Source: Lingula anatina
Taxonomy: Eukaryota > Animalia > Brachiopoda
Direction: 5' to 3'
Assembly (NCBI GenBank): GCA_051362555.1
Contig: CM120640.1
Coordinates: forward strand, 31,949,967 to 32,013,966
Length of the DNA stretch: 64,000 nt
Shown here piece by piece: positions 51,146 to 64,000 of this stretch; positions within the stretch are counted from its first letter, which is position 1; every line of letters starts with the position of its first letter. The notes under the pieces were generated by a model. That model was not told the DNA's origin. It searched no databases and saw only the letters and a list, made by a program, of their open reading frames with translations. A program made the position numbers and the translations under genes.

Positions 51146-52952
51146 TCATTACTTCACCAGGTGGATCGTGTTGCACAGAGAATAAAAAGCAGGAGCAAGT
51201 GATGAGAACTTTTTTGATGGAGGATTTAAGAAAAGATTATTTTTCTTCTTAACAGATGAGAAAAAATGCATGTGTTTCTTCCTGTAATGGCTTAGTAACT
51301 AAGTGGCATGCCAGGATCACACATTTCACATGGATATGTTAAAAAAAAAAAAGCAAATTGAGATTCATGAGAAAAGTGTTTTTTTTTTTTTTTTTAGCAA
51401 ATAAAGAAATGAATACATTTTTAAAATATTGTTTGCTGAATATTTGATGTAAGTTCAACAGAAACATAACACAGTGTGTAGTTAGTTTACTTCTAACTTT
51501 TATTGTTGTCATATATTCATAAGTATGGCCCCTAAATTCAGTAAAAATAGTCATTTCTTTCTTTTTTGTTCAAGATGAAAGTATTAAAAGGGCAATTAAG
51601 TGTAAAAAAAAAAATAAAATGAATAAAATAAAATAAAAAACATGAAATGCATGGCACATACCAAATACAAAACACCATTTTAACCATGTATTTATGCAAT
51701 CTTGTTACTTGGCTTACCTCCCTGAAATTAATAACTAAACAGATAGATCTATATAGATTATTTACTATATGTTACATCTGAATTACATACTGTGATATTG
51801 GCTCTTTTGTTTTGAGTGAATGTAAGTGTTTATTGTATACTCATCAGATAATGAATAGTGTATCATTTAGGCTTCATTAGAACGGGTTATAATGTGCGGC
51901 AGTATTTAAAGAGAGCACTATGATGTCACTATTGTCTGAGTGTCGACTTCTTGACGCCAGTTAATATCACACAGTCGCAACATTTGCAGAATAACATTAG
52001 CCGTAATGGAAGTTGCTAAATTAATGAGCAACCTAAATTTAGGGCTAACCTTTAACATGTTTTATATAACATTTAAGGTAAAACAGGCTTATGTATGAAT
52101 GATTAATACCAGAAAAGGAACTGCAGATACAGTTTATTATGCAAGTTGTACAAAATAAATATATACTCGTAGACTTTTAACTTGGAATATCTCTTGCTCC
52201 TTGTTAACAAATTGAAAAATTAAATTGATAAAAAAAGGTGATGTTTATAAAACTAAGTGGCAATCACTATGGTGGAGATGCCTTCACTACAAAAGTTTTG
52301 TGATTCTTTTTATTTTCTGTTCACTTACCTTTATTTTCTTACTTGTTAACTGTTGTAGTGGGTATGCTGCTCTTCAATAACAGCACATGTTCCCTGTGTA
52401 TCTTTTACTGACAATTGCATTAAGCAGTGGTTCAGTTTGCTGTATCTTGATAATAATCTGCATTGTTGTGCCCTTTAAATATCACAAAAACTGCTCTGTG
52501 GCCCTGTAAATGACTAATAAAAAATAGCCTCCCTGACAGACAAAAAAAAAATGCAAGATGAAACTGACAAAAAGTTTTCAAATTATTTTGTTTGACGAAA
52601 TGAATTTTATTTTTCTTCATAAAAACATTTCCCATTTATTTACCACACATAGATAGAAAAACCACATCAAATCAAACAGATTTGTTGAAATGGAGGAGTA
52701 TTAGCATTCTCATCAATGCAAATTTCTGGAAGTCAGACAAAGTTTATAACAGTCTTTGAAAGAAAATTTTCCATTTCATTAGTGCAGTGTTAATTGCAGA
52801 ATAATCAGAAGCAGGTGATTGTTGTCTGTGTATATCAAAAAGGCAATTTACAGAAAACCTCCACTGAAAAAAAATAGCCTTTATTATTTATCTTTTGCAA
52901 AAAAAACAAAGTTTTCTACTCATGATTGATTTTTCTTAATATCTAATTTCAG

Positions 52953-53034
52953 GAATTATCTGTATTGGATGACACAGTGCTAGAAGAGCACAATGAAGAT
53001 CCTACATTGATTCAGATGAAATTGTTGGATGGGG
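52953..53034 (+). CDS. JMJD1C: KDM3/JMJD1C coding exon 5 (82 nt)
   Basis: ctaatttcag|ELSVLDDTVLEEHNEDPTLIQMKLLDG-G|gtaagt; matches JMJD1C 'M.VMNDQVLEPQNVDPSMVQMTFLDD'; phase 0 to 1. Absent from the ORF track. Confidence 0.93.
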
Positions 53035-55088
53035 GTAAGTCCCAATGGAAGAAGTACATAGTATTCCTGAAACAAGTATTTAATTCTATTGTGTTAGAGT
53101 GATATGTATCACTTGCAATCACACTTTTTACTTAATCTCTGAATAACAGCAATATTTTTTGGGTGTCAGGATTGAGTCATGCCAGCTCTGAATAATTTTG
53201 CTTATTGCAGAAAATTGATCTATGGTTCATGTGACATGTTGAAATTGAGAGTGTATTTTTATCTTTTTGTGCTTTTTTTTCTGTAATGCCACGTGGCATT
53301 TTATACTAATAAGATATAAGAAATGCTCATTTATTTATAAATAGAAAACATAAGAAAATGAAAGCTTTAGAACAAAATAATATAAAATGATGCCTTATGA
53401 AACAAGAAACTGAAAAAGAAGTGACCTCTGAAACATTTATAATCCCCAATATAAAAGGATTCATTGTCCTTATTTTCACCAATTTTATGATGATAATTTA
53501 AATATTTATGATAGTATCTTTGAATGTCTTATTATGATTATCTTTAAAATCTGCACATTAAAGGAGGTTTTGCAAATACTAAATTGAATATATATATATA
53601 AAAAAGACTAGTATCTCTGAGTCATATAAGGTACATGACACTGGCACAAGTTATATTGTAGAGACAAATTTTTCAAATAATGTCTCAAAAAAGACAGCTG
53701 CAGCTGTACAGGAATATATATATATATATAGGCTAGAATGCTTCTGTATCTGGCTCTGAAATATGAATAATATGTGGTAAGATCTCATTAATTGAACATT
53801 ATATTATGGTGCTTATAGTATCAACTCATTCATATAGCAGTTAGTTTTATAGATTATTTATAAAGACATACAGGCATGTCGCTAAATACAAAAACACATG
53901 AAGGATGCAAGTTGATGAAAAATGATCATTTAAGAAAAATATTCCATTCTTTGAAAAAAAAGGTGCTTTGCTGAAAGTTTGGAGGCAGGTGGGATGTGAA
54001 GTGTATAATGCCTGGGTGGTAGTGGTGACTGGCATTATTTTACCCTACAGAGGGGGGAAAAAACAACAACAGCTAACTTGAGCCAGCAAGAACAAACAGT
54101 GTCCACATCTGCTGGCGTTTATCCAGATAAATACCATGGGGTCCGGGTCACACATCAAAGAGATCTATAAATTTTTTTTTTTCCTGCTCCCTTTTCAGAA
54201 TTATAAATGGAATAAATAAATGATCTCCAAGCTCTGTTGAGCTAATGGTGCTGTGCTTGTTATTTGTTTGCTTGTTTATTGCCATTGTGTTATTAAAGCA
54301 GATATCGGGAGTAAAACAATTTTTCTGTCTTGCTTGTCAATGCTGTAATCGGCTAAATTTATCTTCATAAAAAATCCATGATCCAAATGACAGATGCAAA
54401 CCAAAATTTCCAAGTAGTGAATATTTAGATGTGACCAAGCTAAGGTAGGTTTCTCTTCCATTACAGATCTGTTGTAGAGAATTTTTGTGGTTTGTTTAAA
54501 TTAAAAAGGAAGTGCTAGGTGGTGTCTCGGCAAAATGCTTTGTGCAGATAATAACATAAATCCTGGCTTGCCGCCAGGTTAGCACTAGCCTGTAATCAAA
54601 TTTGCTGCTCATACTATAAAAACACAAAAATTACTGAGTCATGTACGGCAATGGCAGTAGTAGGAATAATGCGGGTCGGATTAGCTGCCATGATGTCATA
54701 TTCGCGCGTACATTCTGATAACTGGATGCATTTTGAACAGGCACACCTATGTTATCATGATATATATCAGCACTGCACCATCGCGCAGGCCTAGCTTACA
54801 AATTTAGCCCAGTTCAGATAACAAGGGTTAACATTCTTGTTTGTTTGGGTCATGTTAAGGAAGTGGTATTTACATTGCAGTTTGAGAGCATGGCCACAAC
54901 TGGCGGAAATTTGAGTCATTCACAATGTCTAGTCAGCGAGGTCATGTGGTCTGTATTATGGGAGCAGAAGAAGTAGGATGGGAGTTTGTTAAGCTGCGAG
55001 ATAGGAGAGATGTTAAAGAACTGGGAATTTGAGATTCTGATGTTTTAAACATACCAAAAATTGACGTTGGATTATCAATTCTTTTCAG

Positions 55089-55174
55089 TTGTGGAATCAA
55101 TATTAAATGGCGGAGAAGGTGTAGCACCAAGGAGAGCAAGTCGAGCTTGTAAAGATAAAAAAGATTCAAATCAA

Positions 55175-55206
<32 letters not shown>

Positions 55207-55246
55207 ACAACAGCATCATCAACAGCAACAGCAGCAACAGAACACT
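55089..55246 (+). CDS. JMJD1C: KDM3/JMJD1C coding exon 6 (158 nt, with polyQ)
   Basis: ttcttttcag|(V)VESILNGGEGVAPRRASRACKDKKDSN-Q14-HH-Q7-NT|gtaagt; corresponds to JMJD1C 'VVHSLLKGENIGITSRRRSRA'; phase 1 to 0. Confidence 0.92.
55172..55240 (+). repeat. Coding CAA/CAG repeat (Q14-H2-Q7)
   Basis: Mixed CAA/CAG codons interrupted by CAT CAT inside exon 6. Confidence 0.95.
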
Positions 55247-58200
55247 GTAAGTATATGATGACCAGAGTCTATATTAATACATATTTGCTAAAATAGCATA
55301 AACATATATATACGGTGGTCTGTGGTTTTGCTCCACGTCCCAAGAGAAATTAACTTAAGAAACTACATGTTACCTCTAATTGAAATAATAATCAGTAAAA
55401 CACTGGCCCCAACCTGCCATTTGCTGAGTTTATGACCTCTAGTATGGGCTCTTAATGTCACAATTTCATGAGAAGAATATGGGGAGGTAGCAGCCTGGTG
55501 GTTCTGTTTTACAAATTAACCTGGTTCATTATACATGACACATGGCCAATTCACACATTGGCTGCGTTGATTATACAGTTCCTGACCCTGACCCACTTCT
55601 CCTTGTGTTATCTTGTAAGAGAGGTGAGAACCTGCCATCTTGACAGGTAAAAAATGAATTTTAAATGACCTCTCAGCTGAAAAAAAAAATGTTCTGATTC
55701 ACTTGTGAAAACGCATCCTGGTTCTGAATTTGTGAACTGACTTTTGCTACAGTTACCTGATACCACGCGCCCCTGCTTTTGTTCACAGTTTCGAGTTATT
55801 TATACCGCTGTCTGGCTGGATTGTCTTGAATTCTGATCTGATAAGTATCGTAGTTCAGAAAGGGCGCAATATGTTAGAACAGCCATGACAATTATGACAA
55901 AGAACCCTTGGAGATAGATGGTGCTATATGGAATCCATGCTGATACCATTAGGGGAAAACTCCTTCGTTGGCAGAAGGAAACAGAGTGTGGTTACTTAAT
56001 GGCATTTTGAATGGCGTTCCATGGGGATATAGCCATGTTGCCTTGGGTTGAATTCTCATAAAGATTTTACTTTCAAAGTACTTCATGTAAATGAGATAAT
56101 AAAATGGCAGTGCTTGACACTAACTGTGTTTTGTTATGATGTTGGATGTGATTTCTTTTCCTTATGCTTTTCTTTTTACGAGTAAGATTTTGAGAATGGT
56201 ATTCCTGTACTTCTTGTTTCAGGAGTGACATTAATATTAATGGTTGTAACTTGATTTGTAATAGAGAAGGAAGTGAAGGTTTCAGTTGCCTACTTTCTGT
56301 TTCTATCAACAAGGATGTTTTTATATGTTTTAGTTTACTTTGTCTATGGTATTTGAGCATAATTCACAGCATTCCTGTTTGCACACTCAATTATATATAA
56401 ACAATCTCTGTGTATCATTTGAGTCAGTATTTGAATAAGATATTTTCATAGCGGGTATCATTTTATCTTTCAGCAATATACGCATATTTTCAAAGCAAGA
56501 TTTTTTTGTGTGAATGAAGATGACATTCCAGAAAATATACAAAATATAAATTCCGCCTACCATTACCTTACTGAGTCATGTTACCTTTTTGTTTTGGTAA
56601 TACTTCAACATGTGAGGGTTGTTTTTATGCTAAGCAATCACATAAATTACATGATGTACTGTGTGATTTATGGGTTTTTATCCCTTGGGCCATATATGTG
56701 GCTCTGGGGGGGGGGGGGGGGGGGGGGAGGTATTGTCACAGCCTGTGGGATATGTATGTGTTTGTAAGGTAGTAAACACTTAAACTTTTTTAATAAATCC
56801 TCAGATTCCTTTCATTTTCAAGAAGGAATTACAACAACAAAAAATTTGGGGGGGTGAGGGGGTTGTTTGCGATTCCCCTTAACAATTTCATCACTACATT
56901 ATTTTGTTCATTCATATTTTATCAGATGGAAATTGCAGTGTGATGCCAAAAAGTTACATAGTTGCGGTTTAAATTGGGATGTAATTGTCTGTTCTGTATT
57001 GTGCCCATATCAAGTGATATGAACTTTGTTTTATTTTTTTGTGTTTACAGAAATATAATGAGTCTTAGAATTTTTATTTGGTTCGATGACACGTTGCCCT
57101 ATGAAATCAATTGCTGAAACTGTTTTAATTTTAGGCCATAATAAGGTCATTTTGTTCAGTTGGTTGAAAAGAAAATTTGTTTGCTACATGTCTTTATGGC
57201 TTGTTTAAAGAAAAAAAAAAGTAGTTTGACAGGTACATGGTGTTGTGAACATTAATTAAAATAATTTCATCTCAGGAGGTGTTCACTGTCACGATAAAAA
57301 ACACATACGTATAGAGTTTATAATTCTATTGCATATTTTAATAAGCTGGCTGTTATGCGTCTCAGGATTTCCTGACATATTGATTTTCCCTTTCAGCATT
57401 GAACCCAGGCATTAATAACCTGGTATTGAACTGGCTGTGAAAACATGAAATAAAGACTTGCAAGCTAATGACACGAGATTATATGTAGAAAAAAAAAAGT
57501 AAAGCAGGATAAAATCAGTTGATTAGAAATAGCGGAAAAACTCTGAGCAGTCGAAAATGTTAAATGTAACATCCTCAAGGGACTTGTCTGTGAACAGATG
57601 AGATGCCCCATTAGTTGTAACAAAACAAGTCACTAGAGAGAAAAAATAATAAGAGAAAGTTTATAAATAGCACTTGGTCATGGATAAGGCTTGGAGAGAA
57701 TACACTGGAGGCATCAGTATTACAACTGGCAGAATAACCACTGATATGAAGTGATATCTTATCAGTACACAAAAAACAGATGGTAAAGAGAATGAGAAAA
57801 AAAAAACTTACTAAAAAGTTGTTATGAATAGCAAGGGGTTTGTAAATGGCAAGAGCATGCATGCACTAGAAGTATGTGTGCAAGCAGTATATATAAGTAA
57901 GGCTTAGGTGACACTACTTATCTGATTGATCTTGTTTTCAGGCCACCATTAATGAGCGTGATAAATTTGTAGGGGACAAGGGCTGGCTTGCATAGATAAT
58001 ATCAGAGTCTGGGGGCTAGGATCAATGCTTTTGATGGGACTTCATATATTATATAACACACAGGCTAGATGGCCTGTTGCGGTAGGCTAATGGATGCCTA
58101 GAGCTGGACATGGCTTTTATTATTGCCTAGCAGAATGAATAGGCTGGCCACGGGTACATCACACACTGTTGCAACTGTATACACCCACGTATTTTGTGGT

Positions 58201-60818
58201 CAGGGAATATTTGTGGAAAGTCTCAATGTCTAATTTAAAGGACTGGCTGTTCTGTTTGTCTAGTAGGTGTGTGCTTGTATCACATGAGATTTGTGCTGCG
58301 CTATTTTAGGAAGTTGACAGACTATAGAAAAAACAAACAACAAATAAGCGGATGGCTTAGTCGGTACACTGCCATGATACAGATCATCAAAGCTGATCAG
58401 CATAAAGCGAGGTGTTGCAGCTGAGGCATGTGGAATTCCATTGACGTCAGCTTTCCATAGGAGCGTGCTAATCGCATACAACCCTATCAGTATTTGAGTT
58501 AGAACTCCAAAGCAAACAGTATCAGGTGACTTGCAGGATGTGTACCATAGTAGCAGGGAATTAATATGCGAGACAGGTAAAAAAAGGGTGACCTTTTCTC
58601 TGGTTGCTGTATTATTTATCACACCTTTGTTATGAGTTAGAGTGGAGCGTAGGGAAAAAGCCACTGGCGTGTTGGGGATTAGGATCACCTTGGTGCTCAT
58701 ACACACAAACCACATTTTAAGTGGCACCAGAGAAAAAGAAGGCCATTATATTAGCTTGAGTCTATGGGCTGACTTACTGTGTAGCTACAGCTTCAGTGTT
58801 TGCTTTGGGCTTAACTGATTAAATTGTCACTTTCCATTGAATAATCACTTGACCTGGCATTCCTCTTTGGAAATGCTGCAGAAAACTGCTGATAAGGCTG
58901 ATAAAATATAGATTTGTGTGCGTGCTGCTTTGATGTGTCACTCTGTTAATAGAGAACATTTGAGTGTGTGTTAATACATTATTCATTGCAACACATTGCT
59001 CCCATTTGGTTGGTGGTGTATGAGTAATTAATGTCATTCCAGCAATCGTTGCGACCTTCACCTTGGGAAACAGACAGCTTGGAAAATGATTATCCAGAAT
59101 ATAAATGGCACAAAGGTCCATGGCCCCTGATTGTGTATGACTGGTTTAATTTTGTTTTCACACCCCACTTGTTTTGATTGGTTGAAGGCTTAAGGGTGAT
59201 GTCATGAGGTGACCCACTTTTCCCTTTGCCTGCCACTTAAGTCTTGATTGTGGGTAATGCTCCTTGGAGCTTGTTATGTGTCTGCTTTCAAAGGTCTAGG
59301 CTTCCATTGTGTGGTGGATTGTTATTGAGTGTGTGCCTCCTGGGTCTACTTACTCACGGGCACAACCCAGTCTCATTCAGAGTACAGGCCACAAGGTCAG
59401 AATATTGATTGTATGCTAGCAGGATGTGGGCTATTCACCATTAATGTTTTTATGGGCCCATTTGTAAACCCAGTGCAAATGGAAGTAATCTGCGGTGGTT
59501 ATTCAGCTATTCACTACCAGATCAGCTGATAAGAAAGTAGTGGAAAAGGGAGCGGGGACTAGCTGAAAGTAGGCCACGGTAATGGTGGAAGTGTTGTAGT
59601 GAGGAGAAGGAGAGAAAAGACTTGTAAATACATGTGGAGAACTGACCTTGAGGAGTTATTACGTTGGACTACTGTAGTGGGGGATCGGAGTGAACCTGAA
59701 GCAAATTGAATTGGATTTGGATTTAATTTAAGTGAGAGGTAGGTTGATTTAAGAGGTGGCAGAATGGTGGTCTTTGTTCCCCTACCCCCACCATGTTAGC
59801 AGTCTAGGTCAGATGTTGAACCTTCAGAGGCAGTGTGTTGGAACTGAAGTGGCATGTCTGTCTGCCTTGCTGGGAGAGAAATATGAATGCCCTTTGTTAA
59901 TGCTTCAGCTTAACATGCAGGTTTTTTTTTCAGAGAAGTGCTGTATAAAATCTAGTGTACTATGAGGAAGTTTTCTGATGACTAAAAAAGTGTGATTGAC
60001 ATTGTTGAGATAACTGTGATTTGAATTGAGGAAGGTAATCTTGATACCAGATAAGTAAAATCCCTGGTTGCTGGGAGAGTTTTCTCTACCTTGTGTAGGG
60101 TTAATATTAGGCGGAAAAAGACGGGAGACCCAGACAAGATGGATAATGGGCTGAGTCATGCAAAGTACAAGTGACCTGGGAGATATTCTGTACTGTAAGA
60201 GGCACTTTTTTTATATCTCCAATCGAGAAGTAAAACACCAACACTGGGACCCACCCCATCACGTATTTATGCTTACGAACTGAATATAGGTCATGTTATT
60301 CTTGATGCACAATTCAACCCATGCTCTGCTGCTCATGCTCCCAGTTAGTATGGTGATAATTCAAATGAGATCCGACTGCTGATTACCCTAGGCATGAAAT
60401 TTAAGTCTGCGCTATCGATTTGCTGGCCTGTCAGTGAGACATATGATGTTAAACTATTGATTCATCAACAAGGTTGTCAAACATAGGCTTTAGGATGTTT
60501 ACTACAGCCCAGTCACATTGTTCGCGGATGCCTCGTGTGGACTTTTATGTTTGTGCAACCGCCCTTGATTGTGTGACAGATCTGCATCGCTGACCAAGAT
60601 GGCTGATAATAATGGCCATGACACACTTAAAGAGACCCTATTGTGAGCACTGGAGCTTGATTATGTAAAACTCATTGAACCCCAGCTGTAAAGATAACCA
60701 CCTTTACCTTGTAGCATGATGGTATAGGTACCTCTGGCAACTAGTAGCGTGACCGAGGCTATCAGGTTGTGGTGGCCAGAATGTAATGGATATTATCTGA
60801 TCTTTTTTTTTCTCCTAG

Positions 60819-60927
60819 GTTGCCCACTCCAGAACACGCAGCTTGAGTCCTAACTACAAAAATAGTCGCAGAAAGAGCAGGCAGAGAACGCCGGCTGAGG
60901 CACCCCAACCAGAGACAGAGGAGAAAG
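60819..60927 (+). CDS. JMJD1C: KDM3/JMJD1C probable coding exon 7 (109 nt)
   Basis: ttttttctcctag|VAHSRTRSLSPNYKNSRRKSRQRTPAEAPQPETEEK-G|gtaagg; strong splice sites, open in phase 0, purine-rich exon-like composition; homology weak in this low-complexity region. Confidence 0.8.
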
Positions 60928-63832
60928 GTAAGGAGATATTTTGTACATTATATATATTACTTAATGTGTGTATTTCCACACTGGTCAATGTCCAGGGTGG
61001 GGGCTGCCTGCATAGATGTTAATGATGGTCAAATATAGGTCAGCGGCTGGTTTGTGTAGCCACATTTGACCAGCCGGCAGACATGCAGGCTGATGTGGCA
61101 AGATGGTGGCCTAGATAATGTCCGCAGGTGATATTGCCTGTAAGTCTAAATAAAGCAAGGGGGTTATGCAAGAAACTGATGATTTATAGAAGCTTTAAGT
61201 ATTAATGAAGAGCAGCTGCAGGTGAACTTGTGCTGTCTTGTTCAGAAGGAAATTACTACTTTATCACCATCACTTCAATGGGGTGACCTTTACGGCTAGG
61301 AAGTGCAGGATTCTTTTATCTGCAGCTCAGTTGCATGGAGCTGCTTCTACTTTGGATTCCTGTATCAGTTTTAATATCAGACATGCGAATATGCCATTGT
61401 TATGATGTATTAGACCTGCCGGCAAGATAAGACTTCGCATACTATGTGTTAATGACCCATTGCCATTAAGGGAGTCACATGTGTATAAGGGCTTAAAGGC
61501 TGTCATTATCTGCGGATAATGTTAGATACTGGTACTGGTTCATCACATTATGCACAACGCGTAACTGTCCCCATGACCTTTGCAGTGGCGCATCACGCAA
61601 TTGTCAGCGCTAGCTGCCGTATTGATTGTAGACTGGATTTAATCCCTTATGTACTTTTCTCCCACTTACCCAATGTATTATTCATGTTATTTCGGGTGAG
61701 CAAATGGCAGTCATTATATGTCAGGATAAACCCATGGTCAGCAGAAGGCCAGGGTGATAATATCTCTCCATCTCCCTATCCACAGCTAGGTCTATTATTA
61801 TGGTAATTTGCTGTGTGGTAGGGGGCATATTTCACTTGCTGCAGTCTAGTATTTTGAAACTAAATCTGTCCCAACATGCGATTGTCGCTCTTAAGCCTGG
61901 TGTTAGGTAACCTCTCGACATTACCTCTGTGCAACACACAAAGCAGGCTTTTCACTATTGTTCATTCAAATTCTGTAGGCTTGTTTATTCATAGTAGGAG
62001 TGACCTAGGTTTTGCCATTTCTGTAAACAGCAGCGCATGGAACCAGTTTGCTATTGTAGTGCTGTTTAATCGCCCACAGAGCCAAGGGTCATGTGGCCCA
62101 ATGCAGCAAAAACCTTGAGATGGATGGGACATAGGCAGCCCCTTTGTTCCGGTGGCTTAGCCGGCTTGATTAACATAAGAAACACAGTATAGCTCTGCTT
62201 CCAGCTATTTGTGCTAGAAAAATAAGATCCATATCAAACCTTTTACTCCATTTGAGAAATGTTTTTGGGTGCGGGGTGGTAGAAAATAAAATCAGCTCAC
62301 GGTTGAATAATTGATAAATTGAAAAATAACAAAGAAACTGAGACATATTGATTTGATTTCTCTTAACCCCATTGATTTCCAAACATCAACATTCTGTAAG
62401 GTTGATGAGACATGTTTTCCTGACCTAATTTGCCTTCCCACCTACCTAATGACTCAGTAGTAGAAAAATTAACAATACACCAGCTGTGACAGTAAGGGTA
62501 CGTGCAGGTAACAGTTGGGGCATGGGCTAGGCACCAGAGGTATGAAGGTTCATTAAAATCATCAGCAGAAGGAAATTAAATGCTTCCAAATTCAAGGAAT
62601 TGTAAATAAACATTGAAATTGCAGAGACCTATTTGCACCCTGTCCCGATATGGAATTTGTCAGGATTTCAGTCCGTTAGGTTAGATAGGTCTTTACATGG
62701 GTGTAAGAAGTTCACTTCTTGCCATTAAACACGTGAATCCCCAGTGACTGCTACTTTTTGCCCCTAGTGAGTTGTATATGTGTGTGCCATGTTGTTGCTA
62801 AAAAAAAAAGTATTCCCATTTTGGTGTTTATAGAAGGAACAGCTAGGCATTTAAACCACTTCACAACTGTGCAGGGTAACCTTTTTGGACTTGTCAAAAT
62901 TCATTGTGCATAAAATGTCAGCATCAGCAGCTGCCACTTGAGGTCCATTCCTTCTCAGAGTGTTGTGATATGTAACAGATTATGGAGTAGCCAAGGCCGT
63001 GGATGCATGTCTGTATGTATTGACCCCTCTGGAGTTATCAGTTTGGGTGTACATGATTGTAATCAGCAGCAGGTGGTGTTCACATTAGTCTGTCCTGTGG
63101 AATTTATAATTGCTTTGTAAGGAGAAGGTAGTATGTGTTAATGGCTGTAGTCATGGCTCGTAACCAGCTAGTCAAACACAAAATGATGGACCTGCTTTTT
63201 TTCCTTCCAAGTATTTCTGCGTAAAGGGAGTACAACTTGATTCAAAAGAGCAGATTAAAGGGAACTTATCTGTGATAAGTAGTGAGATAAATGAAAGGAA
63301 GGAAGTGAGCATGGCCAGGTCTCCAGGGACTGCTGCATGCAATGCTTCATCACTGTGGTTTTCTGACAGAGACAGAATGTCCTGTGAGTCCATTACTTGT
63401 GAAACGGGATACAGGATAGGCTGTAATTTTACGATAACAGCTCTGCAGTTTCATAAATACACTAGAAAGCTGTTTCATCAGAAGGTCTGACATTTAAAAA
63501 ACAGCATCATCAGGATTCGTGCCCCGCGGCCTGATTTTGATCATATTATGTGGCTTGACTAGTGTGATCTACAACAGTTTTATGTGCATGTTGATGAGAG
63601 ATGCGGCTCTTTATGCAGCATCATTTGCCGACCCAGAAGGTCAAAAATAGCATGTAAAAGCTGCAGTTTCATGAGGGTGAAAAAGGTCTCTAGAATGTGT
63701 GTTTTATTACTTCAGCAGCTGCCATAAAAGCTGTCTGGATCAGCTTCACAGGTACTAGTTGAGATGGTATTTATTAAATGGTCTTGGGTACACCATTATG
63801 TAGAATCTGATGCATGTGTTGTCTATTTGCAG

Positions 63833-64000
63833 AACGTGAGGTGTTGGAGAAGCCCAGCAGTACTACCAGGCCCAAGTTACAGAGGGAACAGCGTAAACGC
63901 AAACCTGATCCTCAAGAACCAGAAGTTACTGATGAAGCTACTACTGAAATTCAAACCTCTTCATCTATAGAAAACAGGCCTTCACCTACTATTTCTACTA
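63833..64000 (+). CDS. JMJD1C: KDM3/JMJD1C probable coding exon 8 (partial, runs off right edge)
   Basis: ctatttgcag| then phase-1 frame (E)REVLEKPSSTTRPKLQREQRKRKPDPQEPEVTDEATTEIQTSSSIENRPSPTIST open to the window end; phase matches exon 7. Confidence 0.75.

Noticed and set aside
63764-63970. Track ORF overlapping the last exon
   Set aside because: Wrong frame; the phase-consistent exon 8 frame starts at 63833 and stays open to the window end.
1-64000. Prokaryote-type systems (CRISPR arrays, operons, defence systems) and rRNA/tRNA genes
   Set aside because: The sequence is spliceosomal-intron eukaryotic DNA; I saw no regularly spaced direct repeats or recognisable structural RNA genes, though small ncRNAs cannot be excluded without a covariance-model search.

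Overview
AT-rich, intron-dominated animal genomic DNA, probably from an invertebrate; the species cannot be fixed from sequence alone. Almost all ORFs in the supplied track are spurious. The window holds the 5' halves of two head-to-head genes whose start codons are about 655 bp apart. On the minus strand is a REEP1-4 subfamily ER-shaping protein gene (coding exons 1-3 and part of 4, running off the left edge). On the plus strand is a KDM3/JMJD1C-family histone demethylase gene (8 phase-consistent coding exons from 10236, a ~25 kb first intron, a polyQ tract in exon 6, running off the right edge before the catalytic JmjC domain). The introns carry several non-autonomous DNA transposons with readable terminal inverted repeats and target-site duplications. 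The most interesting observations are the REEP-KDM3 linkage that mirrors four human paralog pairs, an inverted pair of near-identical MITEs in intron 1, a candidate 40-nt poison exon, candidate recursive splice sites, a candidate internal promoter/first exon and a uORF overlapping the JMJD1C start codon. I found no evidence for a wholly new multi-gene system; the regulatory candidates are inferences needing RNA data.
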